From contig CAJXND010000002.1 of NCBI GenBank assembly GCA_913056385.1, positions 47,108 through 111,107 on the forward strand: a stretch of DNA of 64,000 nucleotides, in the 5' to 3' direction. How positions within the stretch are numbered: position 1 is the first letter of the stretch; each line of letters opens with the position of its first letter. This document shows positions 27,680 through 37,844 of this stretch, in pieces. Source of the DNA: an uncultured Ectothiorhodospiraceae bacterium (GTDB lineage: Bacteria > Pseudomonadota > Gammaproteobacteria > Nitrococcales > Nitrococcaceae). The position numbers and the translations under genes were made by a program. The notes beneath the pieces are model-generated. The model was given only the letters and a program-made list of their open reading frames with translations, was not told the origin of the DNA and did not search any database.

Positions 27680-28372
27680 ATGATCGACGTCTACAGCTGG
27701 CCGACACCGAATGGTCACAAGGTCCATATCGCCCTCGAGGAGCTGGGCCTTGAGTACAACGTCCATGGCATCAACATCGGACAGGGGGATCAGTTCGGCG
27801 AGGACTTCCTGCGGATCAGCCCGAACAACAAAATTCCCGCGATCATTGACCGCGAGGGCCCGGATGGCGAGCCGATCTCGCTGTTCGAATCCGGCGCCAT
27901 CCTGATCTATCTCGCGGAGAAAACCGGGCGTCTCATGCCGCCGGATACCCGCGCCCGGTACGAGACCCTCGAATGGCTCATGTTCCAGATGGGCGGGCTT
28001 GGTCCCATGCTCGGCCAGGCCCATCACTTCAGGCAGTACGCGCCGGAGCCCATCGATTACGCAATCAATCGCTATACCAACGAAGCGAGTCGCCTTTATG
28101 GCGTGATGGATCGCCGACTGGCGGATCGCGACTGGCTCGCGGGCGGTGAATACACGATCGCCGACATCGCCTGCTATCCCTGGATTCGCCCGCACGAAAA
28201 CCAGGGCCAGTCGCTGGCGGATTACCGGAACCTCAAGCGATGGTACGACGCCATCTCCGGGCGCGCCGCCGTGCAGCGGGGCGTTGCGGTGCTCGCCGAT
28301 GCGCGCTCGCCGAAACTCGATGATGCGGCCAGGGAACAGCTCTTCGGTGCCACGCAGTACCGCAAGCGATGA
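27680..28372 (+). CDS. Glutathione S-transferase family disulfide oxidoreductase (YfcG-like)
   Basis: [44 protein letters not shown]. Confidence 0.92.
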   Translation: MIDVYSWPTPNGHKVHIALEELGLEYNVHGINIGQGDQFGEDFLRISPNNKIPAIIDREGPDGEPISLFESGAILIYLAEKTGRLMPPDTRARYETLEWLMFQMGGLGPMLGQAHHFRQYAPEPIDYAINRYTNEASRLYGVMDRRLADRDWLAGGEYTIADIACYPWIRPHENQGQSLADYRNLKRWYDAISGRAAVQRGVAVLADARSPKLDDAAREQLFGATQYRKR

Positions 28373-29175
28373 CGGCGCTGGAGGAATTGCTCGCGGTAAT
28401 GGCCACGCTCCGGGATCCGGAGCGCGGCTGCCCCTGGGATCGTGAGCAGGATTTCCGAAGTATCGTTCCGCATACCCTGGAGGAGGCCTACGAGGTCGCG
28501 GACGCCATGGAGCGTGGCGACCGGTCGGCCATGTGCGACGAACTGGGTGACCTCCTGTTTCAGGTCGTGTTCTATGCCCAGATCGCCCGGGAGGAGGGCA
28601 GCTTCGATTTCGAGGCCATCGCCCATGGCGTGGTCGACAAGCTCATCCGGCGTCATCCGCACGTCTTCGGCGAACGCCGCGAGACATCGGCGGCCTCGCA
28701 GCGGGCCACCTGGGAGGCGATCAAGGCTGAGGAGCGGGCCACCCGGACGGACGGTGATCAGGCGCCGAGCGCCCTGGATGATGTGCCGCTCGCGCTGCCC
28801 GCGCTCACCCGCAGCCGTAAACTGCAGTCCCGGGCGGCGAGGGTGGGCTTCGACTGGCCCGAGGCCCACCAGGTGGTGGACAAGGTGCGCGAGGAGCTTG
28901 CCGAGCTCGAGGAGGCGATGACACACACGCCGAGGGACCAGGCGCATATCCACGAGGAAATGGGCGATCTGCTTCTGGCCTGCGTCAATCTGTCCCGGCA
29001 GCTTGGTGTGGACCCCGAGCAGGCGCTGCGCGACGGCAACATGAAATTCGAGCGCCGCTTCCGGGGGCTCGAGGGCATCCTCGCCGATGCCGGCGAAACC
29101 CCGGAATCGGTCGATTTCGAACGCCTCGAGGCCGCCTATCAGCAGGCCAAGACACGGGATACCGACGCGGGCTAG
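28369..29175 (+). CDS. mazG: Nucleoside triphosphate pyrophosphohydrolase MazG
   Basis: LRDPERGCPWDREQ, EEAYEV, ELGDLL, KLIRRHPHVF, GFDW, EEMGDLL. Confidence 0.96.
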   Translation: MTALEELLAVMATLRDPERGCPWDREQDFRSIVPHTLEEAYEVADAMERGDRSAMCDELGDLLFQVVFYAQIAREEGSFDFEAIAHGVVDKLIRRHPHVFGERRETSAASQRATWEAIKAEERATRTDGDQAPSALDDVPLALPALTRSRKLQSRAARVGFDWPEAHQVVDKVREELAELEEAMTHTPRDQAHIHEEMGDLLLACVNLSRQLGVDPEQALRDGNMKFERRFRGLEGILADAGETPESVDFERLEAAYQQAKTRDTDAG

Positions 29176-29256
29176 GGGGCGGGCGCCGTTCAACCATTGC
29201 AGACGGCCGGCCCGAGATGATTAGGTGGAGATTCAAGTCTCAAACAAGGAGCGAGC

Positions 29257-29589
29257 ATGAGTCTGACCGAGAAGCACTGCACACCGTGCCAGGGCGGCAT
29301 TGATCCCATGTCGAGGGAAGAAGCCGAACGCTATCTCGCCGATGTGCCCGGTTGGGAACTCAACGGGGATGCCACGCGCATCAGCCGCCGGTTCAAGACC
29401 CGGGACTTCGCCGAGGCGCAGGCGGTGGCCAACCGGGCGGGTGACGTCGCCGAGCAGGAGGATCACCACCCGGATATCCGTTTCGGCTACGGCTGGTGCG
29501 AGGTGGAGATTCACACCCACGCCATCGGCGGGCTGCACGAGAACGACTTCATCTATGCCGCCAAGGTCAACGAAGCGGTGGGCGGCTAG
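29257..29589 (+). CDS. phhB: Pterin-4-alpha-carbinolamine dehydratase
   Basis: CTPC, AEQEDHHPDI, THAIGGLHENDFIYAAKV. Confidence 0.93.
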   Translation: MSLTEKHCTPCQGGIDPMSREEAERYLADVPGWELNGDATRISRRFKTRDFAEAQAVANRAGDVAEQEDHHPDIRFGYGWCEVEIHTHAIGGLHENDFIYAAKVNEAVGG

Positions 29590-30063
29590 CTAGCGATTCC
29601 ATTCACCGGAGCGGCCGCCCACTTTATGGGTCAGGCGCACACCTTCAATGCACATGCCCCGGTCCATCGCCTTGCACATGTCATAGACGGTCAGCAGGGC
29701 GACCTGGACCGCGGTCAGTGCCTCCATCTCGACGCCGGTGCTCCCGTTTGTCGCTGCCGTGACCTCGCAGTGCACGGCCGGGTCATCGGCCGCCGGGGTC
29801 AGCTTCACATCGATGTGCGTGAGAGATAGCGGATGACAGAGGGGCACCAGGTCCGATGTGCGTTTCGCGGCCATCACGCCAGCGACACGCGCGGTTCCGA
29901 GCGCATCGCCCTTTTCCAGATTGCCCCGCTGCAGCGCCTCGAGGGCCTCCTCCGTCATGCGGATACGGCCCTCGGCCACGGCGACCCGATGGCTGTCGGC
30001 CTTCCCGCCGATGTCCACCATGTGCGCCTCGCCACGCTCGTTGAGATGGGGCAGCCCGCTCAA
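29590..30063 (-). CDS. moaC: Cyclic pyranopterin monophosphate synthase MoaC
   Basis: [39 protein letters not shown]; TTG start overlapping gpmA stop. Confidence 0.96.
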   Translation of the reverse strand: MSGLPHLNERGEAHMVDIGGKADSHRVAVAEGRIRMTEEALEALQRGNLEKGDALGTARVAGVMAAKRTSDLVPLCHPLSLTHIDVKLTPAADDPAVHCEVTAATNGSTGVEMEALTAVQVALLTVYDMCKAMDRGMCIEGVRLTHKVGGRSGEWNR

Positions 30064-30758
30064 CGGCCGTCCCTCAACGAGTACTTGGCGTTCACCGCCA
30101 GGCGATCGTCCAGTTCGTAGACCAGCGGGTCTCCGGTCGCGATCTCGACGCCGGTGATCGCCTCATCCGAGACCCTCTCCAAATGCTTGACCAGGGCGCG
30201 CAGGCTGTTGCCGTGGGCAGCGATCAACAGTGTCGGGTAGCGCTCGAGTGCCGGCGCGATGTCACTCTCCCAGTACGGCAGAACCCGCGCGAGGGTGTCC
30301 TTGAGCGATTCCGTGGCCGGCAGCAGGGCGGGGTCGAGTCCGGCGTAGCGCGGATCATGAAGGGGATGGCGTTCGTCGTCATCGGTGAGTGCCGGTGGCG
30401 GTGTAGCGAAACTGCGCCGCCACACATGGACCTGCTCGTCACCGTACTCGGCGGCGGTTTCGGCCTTGTCCAGACCGGTGAGCGCGCCATAGTGGCGTTC
30501 GTTGAGACGCCAGTCCTTGATCATGGGGATCCACAGCCGGCCGAGCACATCCAGACTCATGAAACCCGTGCGGATCGCGCGGGTCAGGACCGAGGTATAT
30601 ACCGCATCCGGTGCCAGCCCGGCTGATGCCATGAGGCGGCCGGCCTCGGTGGCCTCCTCGCGACCCTTGTCGCTCAGATCGACGTCGTGCCAGCCGGTGA
30701 AGCGGTTTTCGAGATTCCAGATGCTCTGCCCGTGACGCAGCAGAATCAGACGTTTCAT
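30060..30758 (-). CDS. gpmA: 2,3-bisphosphoglycerate-dependent phosphoglycerate mutase
   Basis: [45 protein letters not shown]. Confidence 0.97.
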   Translation of the reverse strand: MKRLILLRHGQSIWNLENRFTGWHDVDLSDKGREEATEAGRLMASAGLAPDAVYTSVLTRAIRTGFMSLDVLGRLWIPMIKDWRLNERHYGALTGLDKAETAAEYGDEQVHVWRRSFATPPPALTDDDERHPLHDPRYAGLDPALLPATESLKDTLARVLPYWESDIAPALERYPTLLIAAHGNSLRALVKHLERVSDEAITGVEIATGDPLVYELDDRLAVNAKYSLRDGR

Positions 30759-30814
30759 GCGCAGCGCACTCCCTTCGTCATTATCAGTCGAGCGGCTAGG
30801 ATATCATCGCAGAC

Positions 30815-31324
30815 ATGATCGATGAGGGGCGGGGCATGCACGACTGGCTGGCAATCTCGATTCCACGGCAGCGGCTCTGGCTCTGCCATGGATCACGGCA
30901 GACCGCGGGCTGGCCTGTCTCCACGGCGGCCGCCGGTGTCGGCGAGTGGCAGGGCAGCGGCGCGACCCCCCGGGGCTGGCATCGCATTCGGGCGATGATC
31001 GGCGCTTCAATGGCGCCGGGCACCGTTTTCGTTGGCCGTCGTCCCACCGGAGAGATCTACAGTCCGGCACTGGCCGCCCTGGAGCCGGGGCGCGACTGGA
31101 TTCTCACGCGGATCCTCTGGCTCACCGGAAGCGAACCGGGACGCAACCGCGGCGGGGCGGTGGATACCCTGCGCCGCTTTATCTACATACATGGCACGCC
31201 GGAGACCGAACCCATGGACAAACCGCGCTCCCATGGCTGCATCAGAATGCGCAGCGAGGATGTGGTCGCGCTGTTCGATCGCTGCCGTCCCGGCATGCCG
31301 GTGCTGATCGAGGATGGCGGCTGA
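30815..31324 (+). CDS. Cytoplasmic YkuD-domain protein, ElsL-like L,D-carboxypeptidase
   Basis: No signal peptide; TPRGWH, RDWILTRILWL, IYIHGTP...SHGCIRM; resembles Acinetobacter ElsL as recalled; coupled to nagZ. Confidence 0.8.
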   Translation: MIDEGRGMHDWLAISIPRQRLWLCHGSRQTAGWPVSTAAAGVGEWQGSGATPRGWHRIRAMIGASMAPGTVFVGRRPTGEIYSPALAALEPGRDWILTRILWLTGSEPGRNRGGAVDTLRRFIYIHGTPETEPMDKPRSHGCIRMRSEDVVALFDRCRPGMPVLIEDGG

Positions 31325-32331
31325 TGCTCGGCCCCCTCATGCTCGGCGTGGCGGGCACGCGACTCACCGGCGAGGAGCGGGAGCGCCTGGCCCATCCCGC
31401 CGTGGGTGGTGTCCTGCTTTTCGCCCGGAACTACGAGACACCCGCGCAGCTGCTGGCACTGACCCGATCCATCAGTGCCATACGCAACCCCCCGCTGCTG
31501 ATCGCCGTGGACCAGGAAGGCGGTCGGGTGCAGCGTTTCCGGGAAGGACTGACCGCGCTGCCGGCCGCGGGTCGGCTGGGGCGAGCCGCGCTGGAGGCGC
31601 CGGCGCTGGCGCGGGAGGCGGCTTGTGCTGCCGGGTGGGTGATGGCCGCGGAGCTTCGGGCCCTGGGAGTGGATTTCAGCTTCGCGCCGGTCCTCGATCT
31701 GGACCGGGGCATCAGCCGGGTGATCGGTGACCGGGCCTTCTCCGGCGCGCCGGAGATGGTCGCGGATCTTGCGCTCGCCTGGCAACGCGGCGTCCGCTCG
31801 GCGGGCATGATCTGTGTCGGCAAGCATTTCCCCGGGCATGGCGGCACGGCCCCGGACTCCCACGAGGCCAGCGCGATCGATGAAAGGGCGCTGGCCGATC
31901 TGGTCCATACCGATCTCTTGCCTTTCCGGCGACTCATCGACAACGGCCTTGCCGCGGTCATGATGGCGCATGTTGTATTCCCCGCCGTGGATTCGCGACC
32001 CGCCGGCTTCGCCCGGACGTGGACCGGATATCTTCGGCGGACGCTGGGCTTCGAGGGGGCCATCTTCACGGATGACCTGGAAATGGCGGCGGCGGAGGTG
32101 GCGGGCGAGCCGGCCGGCCGCCTCGATGCCGCGATTGCGGCGGGTTGTGACATGGCGGTTTTCGGCAATGCGGGACGCCGGGCGGACATGCTGCTGGATC
32201 GCTGCAGCGGCCCCGATCCGCTCTCGGCGCTGCGACTCGCGCGTCTGCATGGTCGCGGCGGAGAATCCCTCGCGACACTTCACGCAAGTGAGGCCTATCG
32301 GGAAGCCCGGGGACAACTGGCTGGCCTTTGA
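31324..32331 (+). CDS. nagZ: Beta-N-acetylhexosaminidase NagZ
   Basis: GGVLLFARN, VDQEGGRVQR, FAPVLD, KHFPGHG..DSH, MMAHV, TDDLEM; ATG overlaps upstream TGA. Confidence 0.96.
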   Translation: MLGPLMLGVAGTRLTGEERERLAHPAVGGVLLFARNYETPAQLLALTRSISAIRNPPLLIAVDQEGGRVQRFREGLTALPAAGRLGRAALEAPALAREAACAAGWVMAAELRALGVDFSFAPVLDLDRGISRVIGDRAFSGAPEMVADLALAWQRGVRSAGMICVGKHFPGHGGTAPDSHEASAIDERALADLVHTDLLPFRRLIDNGLAAVMMAHVVFPAVDSRPAGFARTWTGYLRRTLGFEGAIFTDDLEMAAAEVAGEPAGRLDAAIAAGCDMAVFGNAGRRADMLLDRCSGPDPLSALRLARLHGRGGESLATLHASEAYREARGQLAGL

Positions 32332-32369
32332 ACCCGGCGCTATACTGACGGGTTACAACGCTAGCCGGA

Positions 32370-32951
32370 GTGACAATGACGCAGGGTGTGGAGCTCACCG
32401 CCTCGGAACTGGCCGGGGTGATGGAGCGGGCGGAGTGCCTGCATGATGCCGGGGCCATCGAGGCCGCGCTGGACCGCCTTGCGGAACAGATCACCGAACG
32501 CCTGGCCGGATCGCGTCCCCTGGTGCTGGGCGTCATGACCGGCGCCATTGTGCCGATGGGGCGGCTCCTGAATCGGCTCGACTTCCCGCTCGAGATCGAC
32601 TACATCCATGCGACCCGCTATCACAAGACAACCACCGGCCGGGAGCTGGTCTGGCTGGCCCGGCCGCAGACCCCGTTGCGTGATCGCCATGTCCTGCTGG
32701 TGGACGACATTCTCGACGAGGGACACACCTTCCGCGGACTGCTTGCATCCTGTCGGGAGGAGGGGGCCGCCTCGGTGCACACCGCGGTTCTCGCCGACAA
32801 GCCCAATCCGGGACGGGTCCCCGGTCTGTCAGCGGACTTTGTGGGCCTGACCGTCCCGGAACGTTACGTATTCGGCTCGGGGATGGATTACAAGGGCTAT
32901 CTGCGCAACATCGATGCCATCTACGCAGCCCATCCCGACGACGAGGACTGA
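32370..32951 (+). CDS. hpt: Hypoxanthine-guanine phosphoribosyltransferase
   Basis: DYIHATRY, PRPP-binding VLLVDDILDEGHT, YVFGSGMDY. Confidence 0.92.
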   Translation: MTMTQGVELTASELAGVMERAECLHDAGAIEAALDRLAEQITERLAGSRPLVLGVMTGAIVPMGRLLNRLDFPLEIDYIHATRYHKTTTGRELVWLARPQTPLRDRHVLLVDDILDEGHTFRGLLASCREEGAASVHTAVLADKPNPGRVPGLSADFVGLTVPERYVFGSGMDYKGYLRNIDAIYAAHPDDED

Positions 32952-32953
32952 AA

Positions 32954-33574
32954 TCAGTTCGTATCGGCGCTGACCGGGTCGACGCGAACCAGCAGTCCGA
33001 GCGCCGGATGATCCAGGTAGTGCTGCTGGCCGCTGCGCATCCGCCGGCTGGTGCTCATGGCCCAGTGGCGATTTTCGGCCTCGGCGTAACGCAGTTCGGC
33101 CTCGACATGCAGAAAGCGCTGACGATAGACGCGGACAAAGCCGCTGATCCCGTCCGCCCCGAGTTGCATCGGCAGCGCCACGGCCTGTGCCCGGGCAGGG
33201 CCGAGACCGGGCTGCTCCCAGGCTGCATGCCATAGCACCTCGAAACCCTCGCGGGCACTGATGCGCCGGGCCGCCCGGGCGAGCGAATGATCCGCCACGG
33301 GGAGTTGGCGGTATCCGAGTGTTCCCTCATCAACCCGACGCAGCGGCCAGGCCATGGTTTCGCCAAGTGCTCCGGCCTGGCGCCCGGGCTGCTCGGGGCG
33401 ACCCGGATCGATGGGGGGTTGGGTGAAAAGCACAACCTCCACCCGATAGCGATCCGGATCCTCCGGCCCGTTGCGGGCCTGACCCAAGGCGATGCCGATG
33501 CCGGTCAGCATCAGGATCCCGAACACCGCGGCGCGGAGAAGCGCCGAGTCGAGAGGACGGACGGGACATTTCAT
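32954..33574 (-). CDS. csiV: CsiV-family peptidoglycan-binding periplasmic protein
   Basis: YRVEVVLF, HAAWEQ, RMRSGQQHYLDHPALGLLV; coupled to mfd. Confidence 0.8.
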   Translation of the reverse strand: MKCPVRPLDSALLRAAVFGILMLTGIGIALGQARNGPEDPDRYRVEVVLFTQPPIDPGRPEQPGRQAGALGETMAWPLRRVDEGTLGYRQLPVADHSLARAARRISAREGFEVLWHAAWEQPGLGPARAQAVALPMQLGADGISGFVRVYRQRFLHVEAELRYAEAENRHWAMSTSRRMRSGQQHYLDHPALGLLVRVDPVSADTN

Positions 33575-36500
33575 CAGGCGGCCTCACGCAATGCCATGGA
33601 AGCGAGCAACTGCTCGACGAGATCGATCCGCTCCTGCGCGGATTCGGTCTCGCGCTGGAATCGCAGCCGCTCCTGTCCCTCCAGACGATACACCGCCGGC
33701 TGTTCCTGGACCATGCGGACAAGGGCGCTGGCGTCCACCTGGGGCGCCTCGCCGAACTGGACGATTCCGCCCCCCGGGCCCACCTCAAGGCGTTCAATTC
33801 CCATGGCCTGGGCCTGCTGGCGCAACCGCGCGACTTCCAGAAGATTGCGTGCAGGCTCGGGGATCAGGCCGAAGCGATCGATCATCTCCACCTGCAGCTC
33901 GCGCAGTGCCTCCGCGCCCTTGGCGCTGGCGATGCGCTTGTAGAGCACCAGCCGCGTATGGACATCCGGCAGGTAGTCCTCCGGCAGCAGAGCCGGGATA
34001 TGCAGATCGACATCTGTACTCTGCTCCAGCGGTTGCTCAAGCGCGGGTTCCTTCCCGGACTTCAGCGACTGGACGGCACGGTCGAGAAGATCGTTGTAGA
34101 GGTTGAATCCCACCTCGTGTATCTGGCCACTCTGGCCCTCGCCCAGCAGCTCGCCGGCACCCCGTATTTCGAGATCGTGACTGGCCAGCGCGAAACCAAT
34201 GCCAAGGTCTTCCAGTGAGGCAATGGCATCAAGGCGCTTGACCGCATCGGCAGTCTGACTCCGCCGGGGTGGGGCGACCAGGTAGGCGTAGGCGCGGTGA
34301 TGGGAGCGACCCACCCGACCGCGCAGCTGATGCAGCTGGGCCAGGCCCAGACGATCGGCACGGTTGATGACGATGGTATTGGCCGTCGGGACGTCGATGC
34401 CGCTCTCGATGATCGTCGTGCAGACCAGGATATTGAAGCGCTGGTGGTAGAAATCCAGCATCACCCGCTCAAGCTCCCGCTCGGGCATCTGTCCATGGGC
34501 GGTGCGCACGCGTGCCTCGGGCAGCAATGTGGCCAGTTCCTCGGCCATGCGCTGAATGCTCTGGACATCGTTGTGGAGGAAATAGACCTGGCCGCCACGA
34601 TGGAGCTCACGCAGGCAGGCCTCGCGAATCGTGGCGTCATCCCATTCGTTGACAAAGGTCTTCACCGCCAGGCGCCGCGCCGGCGGCGTGGCGATAATCG
34701 ACAGATCCCGCAGGCCGGCCAGGGACATGTTCAGTGTCCGCGGAATCGGCGTGGCCGTCAGTGTCAGCACGTCGACATTGGCACGCAGGCTCTTTAGCGA
34801 TTCCTTCTGGCGGACACCGAAGCGATGTTCCTCGTCGATGATCATCAGCCCGAGGCGCCTGAAACGCACCGACTTCTGCAGAAGCTTGTGGGTACCGATG
34901 ACGATATCCACCTTGCCGTCGGCGAGGGCCTCGAGGGTCCGGGCCTGGGCCTGCGCCGACTGGAAGCGCGAGATCTGTTCAATGCGCACCGGCCAGTCGG
35001 CAAAGCGATCCGTGAAGTTCTGGAAATGCTGCTGGCAGAGCAGGGTGGTGGGCACCAGTACCGCCACCTGCCGGCCCGACTGGACACCGGCGAAGGCCGC
35101 CCGCATGGCGACTTCGGTCTTGCCGAAGCCCACGTCGCCACAGATCACCCGATCCATGGGCCGAGTCTGCTGCAGATCCTCCAGCACGGCATGGATCGCG
35201 GTCTGCTGATCGGGGGTTTCCTCGAAGGGAAACTGGGCGGCGAAACGCCGGTACTCGTCCTCGGGTATCTCGTGCGCCTCGCCTTGCTGCGCCTCACGCC
35301 GGGCGTAGATATCCAGCAGCTCCGCCGCCACGTCGCGCGCTTTCTCGGCTGCGCGACGTTTTGCCTTCTCCCACTGGCCACTGCCGAGGCGGTGAAGCGG
35401 GGCGCCTTCGTCCTCGGCGCCAGTGTAGCGGCTGATCAGATGCAGCGAGGCCACCGGGGCGTAGAGCTTGTCACCACCTGCGTATTCGAGGGTGAGGAAT
35501 TCCGTTGCCACGCCATCGACCTCGAGCGTCTGCAGTCCCTGGTATCGGCCGATGCCGTGCTGTTCATGGACCACCGGCGCGCCGGCCCGGAGATCGGTGA
35601 GATCGCGGATGATGGCGTCGGGGTCACGCTCGGGGGCCGATGTCCGGCGTCGACGCTGTTCGGCGCGCTCGCCGAAGAGCGCGGATTCCGGGACCACCGC
35701 AAGGCCCGCCTCTGGCAGCCGGAATCCGACATCCAGCGGCGCCACGGTCAGGGCCAGGGGGGAGGGGGCGGCGAGGAAGGACGCCCAGTCATTGAACTCG
35801 CGGACCCTCAGCCCGCCGGCCTGGAGTCGCTCGCGCAGCGCCTCCCGGCGGCCGGCGGTCTCCGCCGTCAAGAGGACGGCGCCGTCGAATTCCTCCACAA
35901 AGCGCCGCAACGGGGAAAGCCCGGACTCATCACCCGGCGCTACTGTCAGATCCGGCAGCGGACGCGCGCCAAGGAGACGATCGCGGCTCCGGGCCACCTC
36001 GCGGGTGGGATCCGCCGGGATATCGATCCGGCCACTCTGGCGCAGGCCCTGCCTGACCGCATCGGGGTCCAGGTAGAGCGACGCCGGCGGCATGACGGGC
36101 CGTTCGCGGTCATGTCGACGCTGTTCGTAACGCTCGTTGATCTGCGCCCATTCCGCATCGAGCTGATCGTCGACGGCGCCGACGCGGACCGCCAGGGTTC
36201 CCGCCGGGAGATAGTCGAATAGCGTCGCGGTTTCTTCGAAAAAAAGCGGCAGATACGACTCGATCCCGTTCGGGATGTGGCCATCGCTGATGGCCTGATA
36301 GATCGGACTGGCGGTGGGGTCCCCTTCGAAACGGGCCCGATACTGCCGGCGGAACCGCTTGATGCCCTCTTCATCGGTGGGAAACTCATGGGCCGGAAGG
36401 AGCTCGACGGTATCCAGGCGCTCGAGGCTGCGCTGGGTCTCGGGATCGAAGGTGCGGATCGTGTCGATTTCATCATCGAAGAGATCGAGCCGGTAGGGCG

Positions 36501-37044
36501 CCTCCGCGCCCATGGGATAGAGATCGAGGATGGCGCCCCTGACGGTGAATTCGCCGTGTTCGAGGACCTCGGACACGCAGCGGTAACCGCTCGCCTGCAG
36601 GGCACTGCGCATGGATTCCAGCGCCAGGCGCTGACCCCGGGCGAGGCGGACCACGGTGGCCTCCAGAAACGACGGTGGCGCAATGCGCTGCATGAGCGTC
36701 GCCGTCGGCACAATCACCACGCCGGATTCCTTGCGTGGCAGGCGATGCAGGGCGCGCAGGCGCTCGGAGGTGATGTCCTGGTGCGGTGAGAAGACATCGT
36801 AGGGGAGCACTTCCCAATCGGGCATGAGCTCGATGTCGTCGATGCCGAAAAAGCGCAGTCCGCGCCGCAGCTGCTCGGCCTCGGCGGTCCCGGTGGTCAC
36901 CAGGATCATCGGCCCGTTGTGCCGCCGGGCGGTCTCGGCGATGGCGAGGGCCGTGGCGTCGCCCACCAGCCCCAGCCAGTCCTGCCGGTCACCGGCGCCG
37001 GCGGGGAGATCTTCGGTTATGAGCAGCGGTTTTGCGTTCGGCAT
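33574..37044 (-). CDS. mfd: Transcription-repair coupling factor
   Basis: PDWEVLPYD, RGAILDLY, VVHEQHGIGRY, CGDVGFGKTE, DEEH, TATPIPRTL, QLRGRVGR. Confidence 0.98.
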   Translation of the reverse strand: MPNAKPLLITEDLPAGAGDRQDWLGLVGDATALAIAETARRHNGPMILVTTGTAEAEQLRRGLRFFGIDDIELMPDWEVLPYDVFSPHQDITSERLRALHRLPRKESGVVIVPTATLMQRIAPPSFLEATVVRLARGQRLALESMRSALQASGYRCVSEVLEHGEFTVRGAILDLYPMGAEAPYRLDLFDDEIDTIRTFDPETQRSLERLDTVELLPAHEFPTDEEGIKRFRRQYRARFEGDPTASPIYQAISDGHIPNGIESYLPLFFEETATLFDYLPAGTLAVRVGAVDDQLDAEWAQINERYEQRRHDRERPVMPPASLYLDPDAVRQGLRQSGRIDIPADPTREVARSRDRLLGARPLPDLTVAPGDESGLSPLRRFVEEFDGAVLLTAETAGRREALRERLQAGGLRVREFNDWASFLAAPSPLALTVAPLDVGFRLPEAGLAVVPESALFGERAEQRRRRTSAPERDPDAIIRDLTDLRAGAPVVHEQHGIGRYQGLQTLEVDGVATEFLTLEYAGGDKLYAPVASLHLISRYTGAEDEGAPLHRLGSGQWEKAKRRAAEKARDVAAELLDIYARREAQQGEAHEIPEDEYRRFAAQFPFEETPDQQTAIHAVLEDLQQTRPMDRVICGDVGFGKTEVAMRAAFAGVQSGRQVAVLVPTTLLCQQHFQNFTDRFADWPVRIEQISRFQSAQAQARTLEALADGKVDIVIGTHKLLQKSVRFRRLGLMIIDEEHRFGVRQKESLKSLRANVDVLTLTATPIPRTLNMSLAGLRDLSIIATPPARRLAVKTFVNEWDDATIREACLRELHRGGQVYFLHNDVQSIQRMAEELATLLPEARVRTAHGQMPERELERVMLDFYHQRFNILVCTTIIESGIDVPTANTIVINRADRLGLAQLHQLRGRVGRSHHRAYAYLVAPPRRSQTADAVKRLDAIASLEDLGIGFALASHDLEIRGAGELLGEGQSGQIHEVGFNLYNDLLDRAVQSLKSGKEPALEQPLEQSTDVDLHIPALLPEDYLPDVHTRLVLYKRIASAKGAEALRELQVEMIDRFGLIPEPARNLLEVARLRQQAQAMGIERLEVGPGGGIVQFGEAPQVDASALVRMVQEQPAVYRLEGQERLRFQRETESAQERIDLVEQLLASMALREAA

Positions 37045-37142
37045 GAGGATGCAGTCATGGATCAGGGGCACAGGAGTCTACCCAAAGCGATGACGGCGCG
37101 AAACGGGATGAATGGCCGCGCCGCGCCCGGTAGACTGCGGTC

Positions 37143-37844
37143 ATGGATTATGACGCACCGCTGGCCGCCGGGACCCTCGAGAAGCGCTATAAACGGTTTC
37201 TGGCCGATATCACGCTTGATGATGGCAGCCGGATCACCGCGCACTGTCCGAATACCGGCTCGATGCTGGGCTGTGCCGAGCCCGGCATGCGGGTATGGCT
37301 GTCACGCAGCGACCGGCCCGGGCGCAAGTATGCCCACACCTGGGAGCAGGTGGAGGCGGCCGGTGGCGTGCGCGTCGGCATACACACCGGGCGCACCAAT
37401 CGACTGGTCGCCGAGGCGCTTGCGGATGCCGGACTCATTCCGGAAGCGACGGATGCCGGGCCGGCGCGCCCCGAGGTGAATGTGCCCGATGAGCCGATGC
37501 GTGCGGATTTCCGGCTCGAGGGGGACGGCCGATTCGTGGAAGTGAAAAACGTCACCGCGGCCGTCGACGACGGGGTGGCGGTCTTCCCGGATGCCCCCAG
37601 CACGCGCGGCGTTCGCCATCTCGAGGTCTTCCAGCGGCTCGCCGAGCGCGGTGAAGGCGCGATGCTCATCTTCTGCGCCCAGCGCCCGGACGTCCATGAA
37701 ATCCGGCCCGCCGACGTCATCGACCCGGTCTACGGCCGGGCGCTGCGCGCGGCGATTGCCGCCGGCGTGATGGTGCTCGGCGTCGGCGCGACGCCCACAG
37801 CGAACGGGATCCGCGTGGATCGGCGCATCCCGGTGATCACATGA
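37143..37844 (+). CDS. sfsA: DNA/RNA nuclease SfsA
   Basis: RYKRFLAD, AHCPNTGSM, VEVKNVT, FPDAPSTRGVRHL. Confidence 0.94.
   Translation: MDYDAPLAAGTLEKRYKRFLADITLDDGSRITAHCPNTGSMLGCAEPGMRVWLSRSDRPGRKYAHTWEQVEAAGGVRVGIHTGRTNRLVAEALADAGLIPEATDAGPARPEVNVPDEPMRADFRLEGDGRFVEVKNVTAAVDDGVAVFPDAPSTRGVRHLEVFQRLAERGEGAMLIFCAQRPDVHEIRPADVIDPVYGRALRAAIAAGVMVLGVGATPTANGIRVDRRIPVIT

Noticed and set aside
28369-29175. mazG as part of a toxin-antitoxin or anti-phage system
   Set aside because: Two-domain housekeeping MazG with no mazEF or defence genes adjacent
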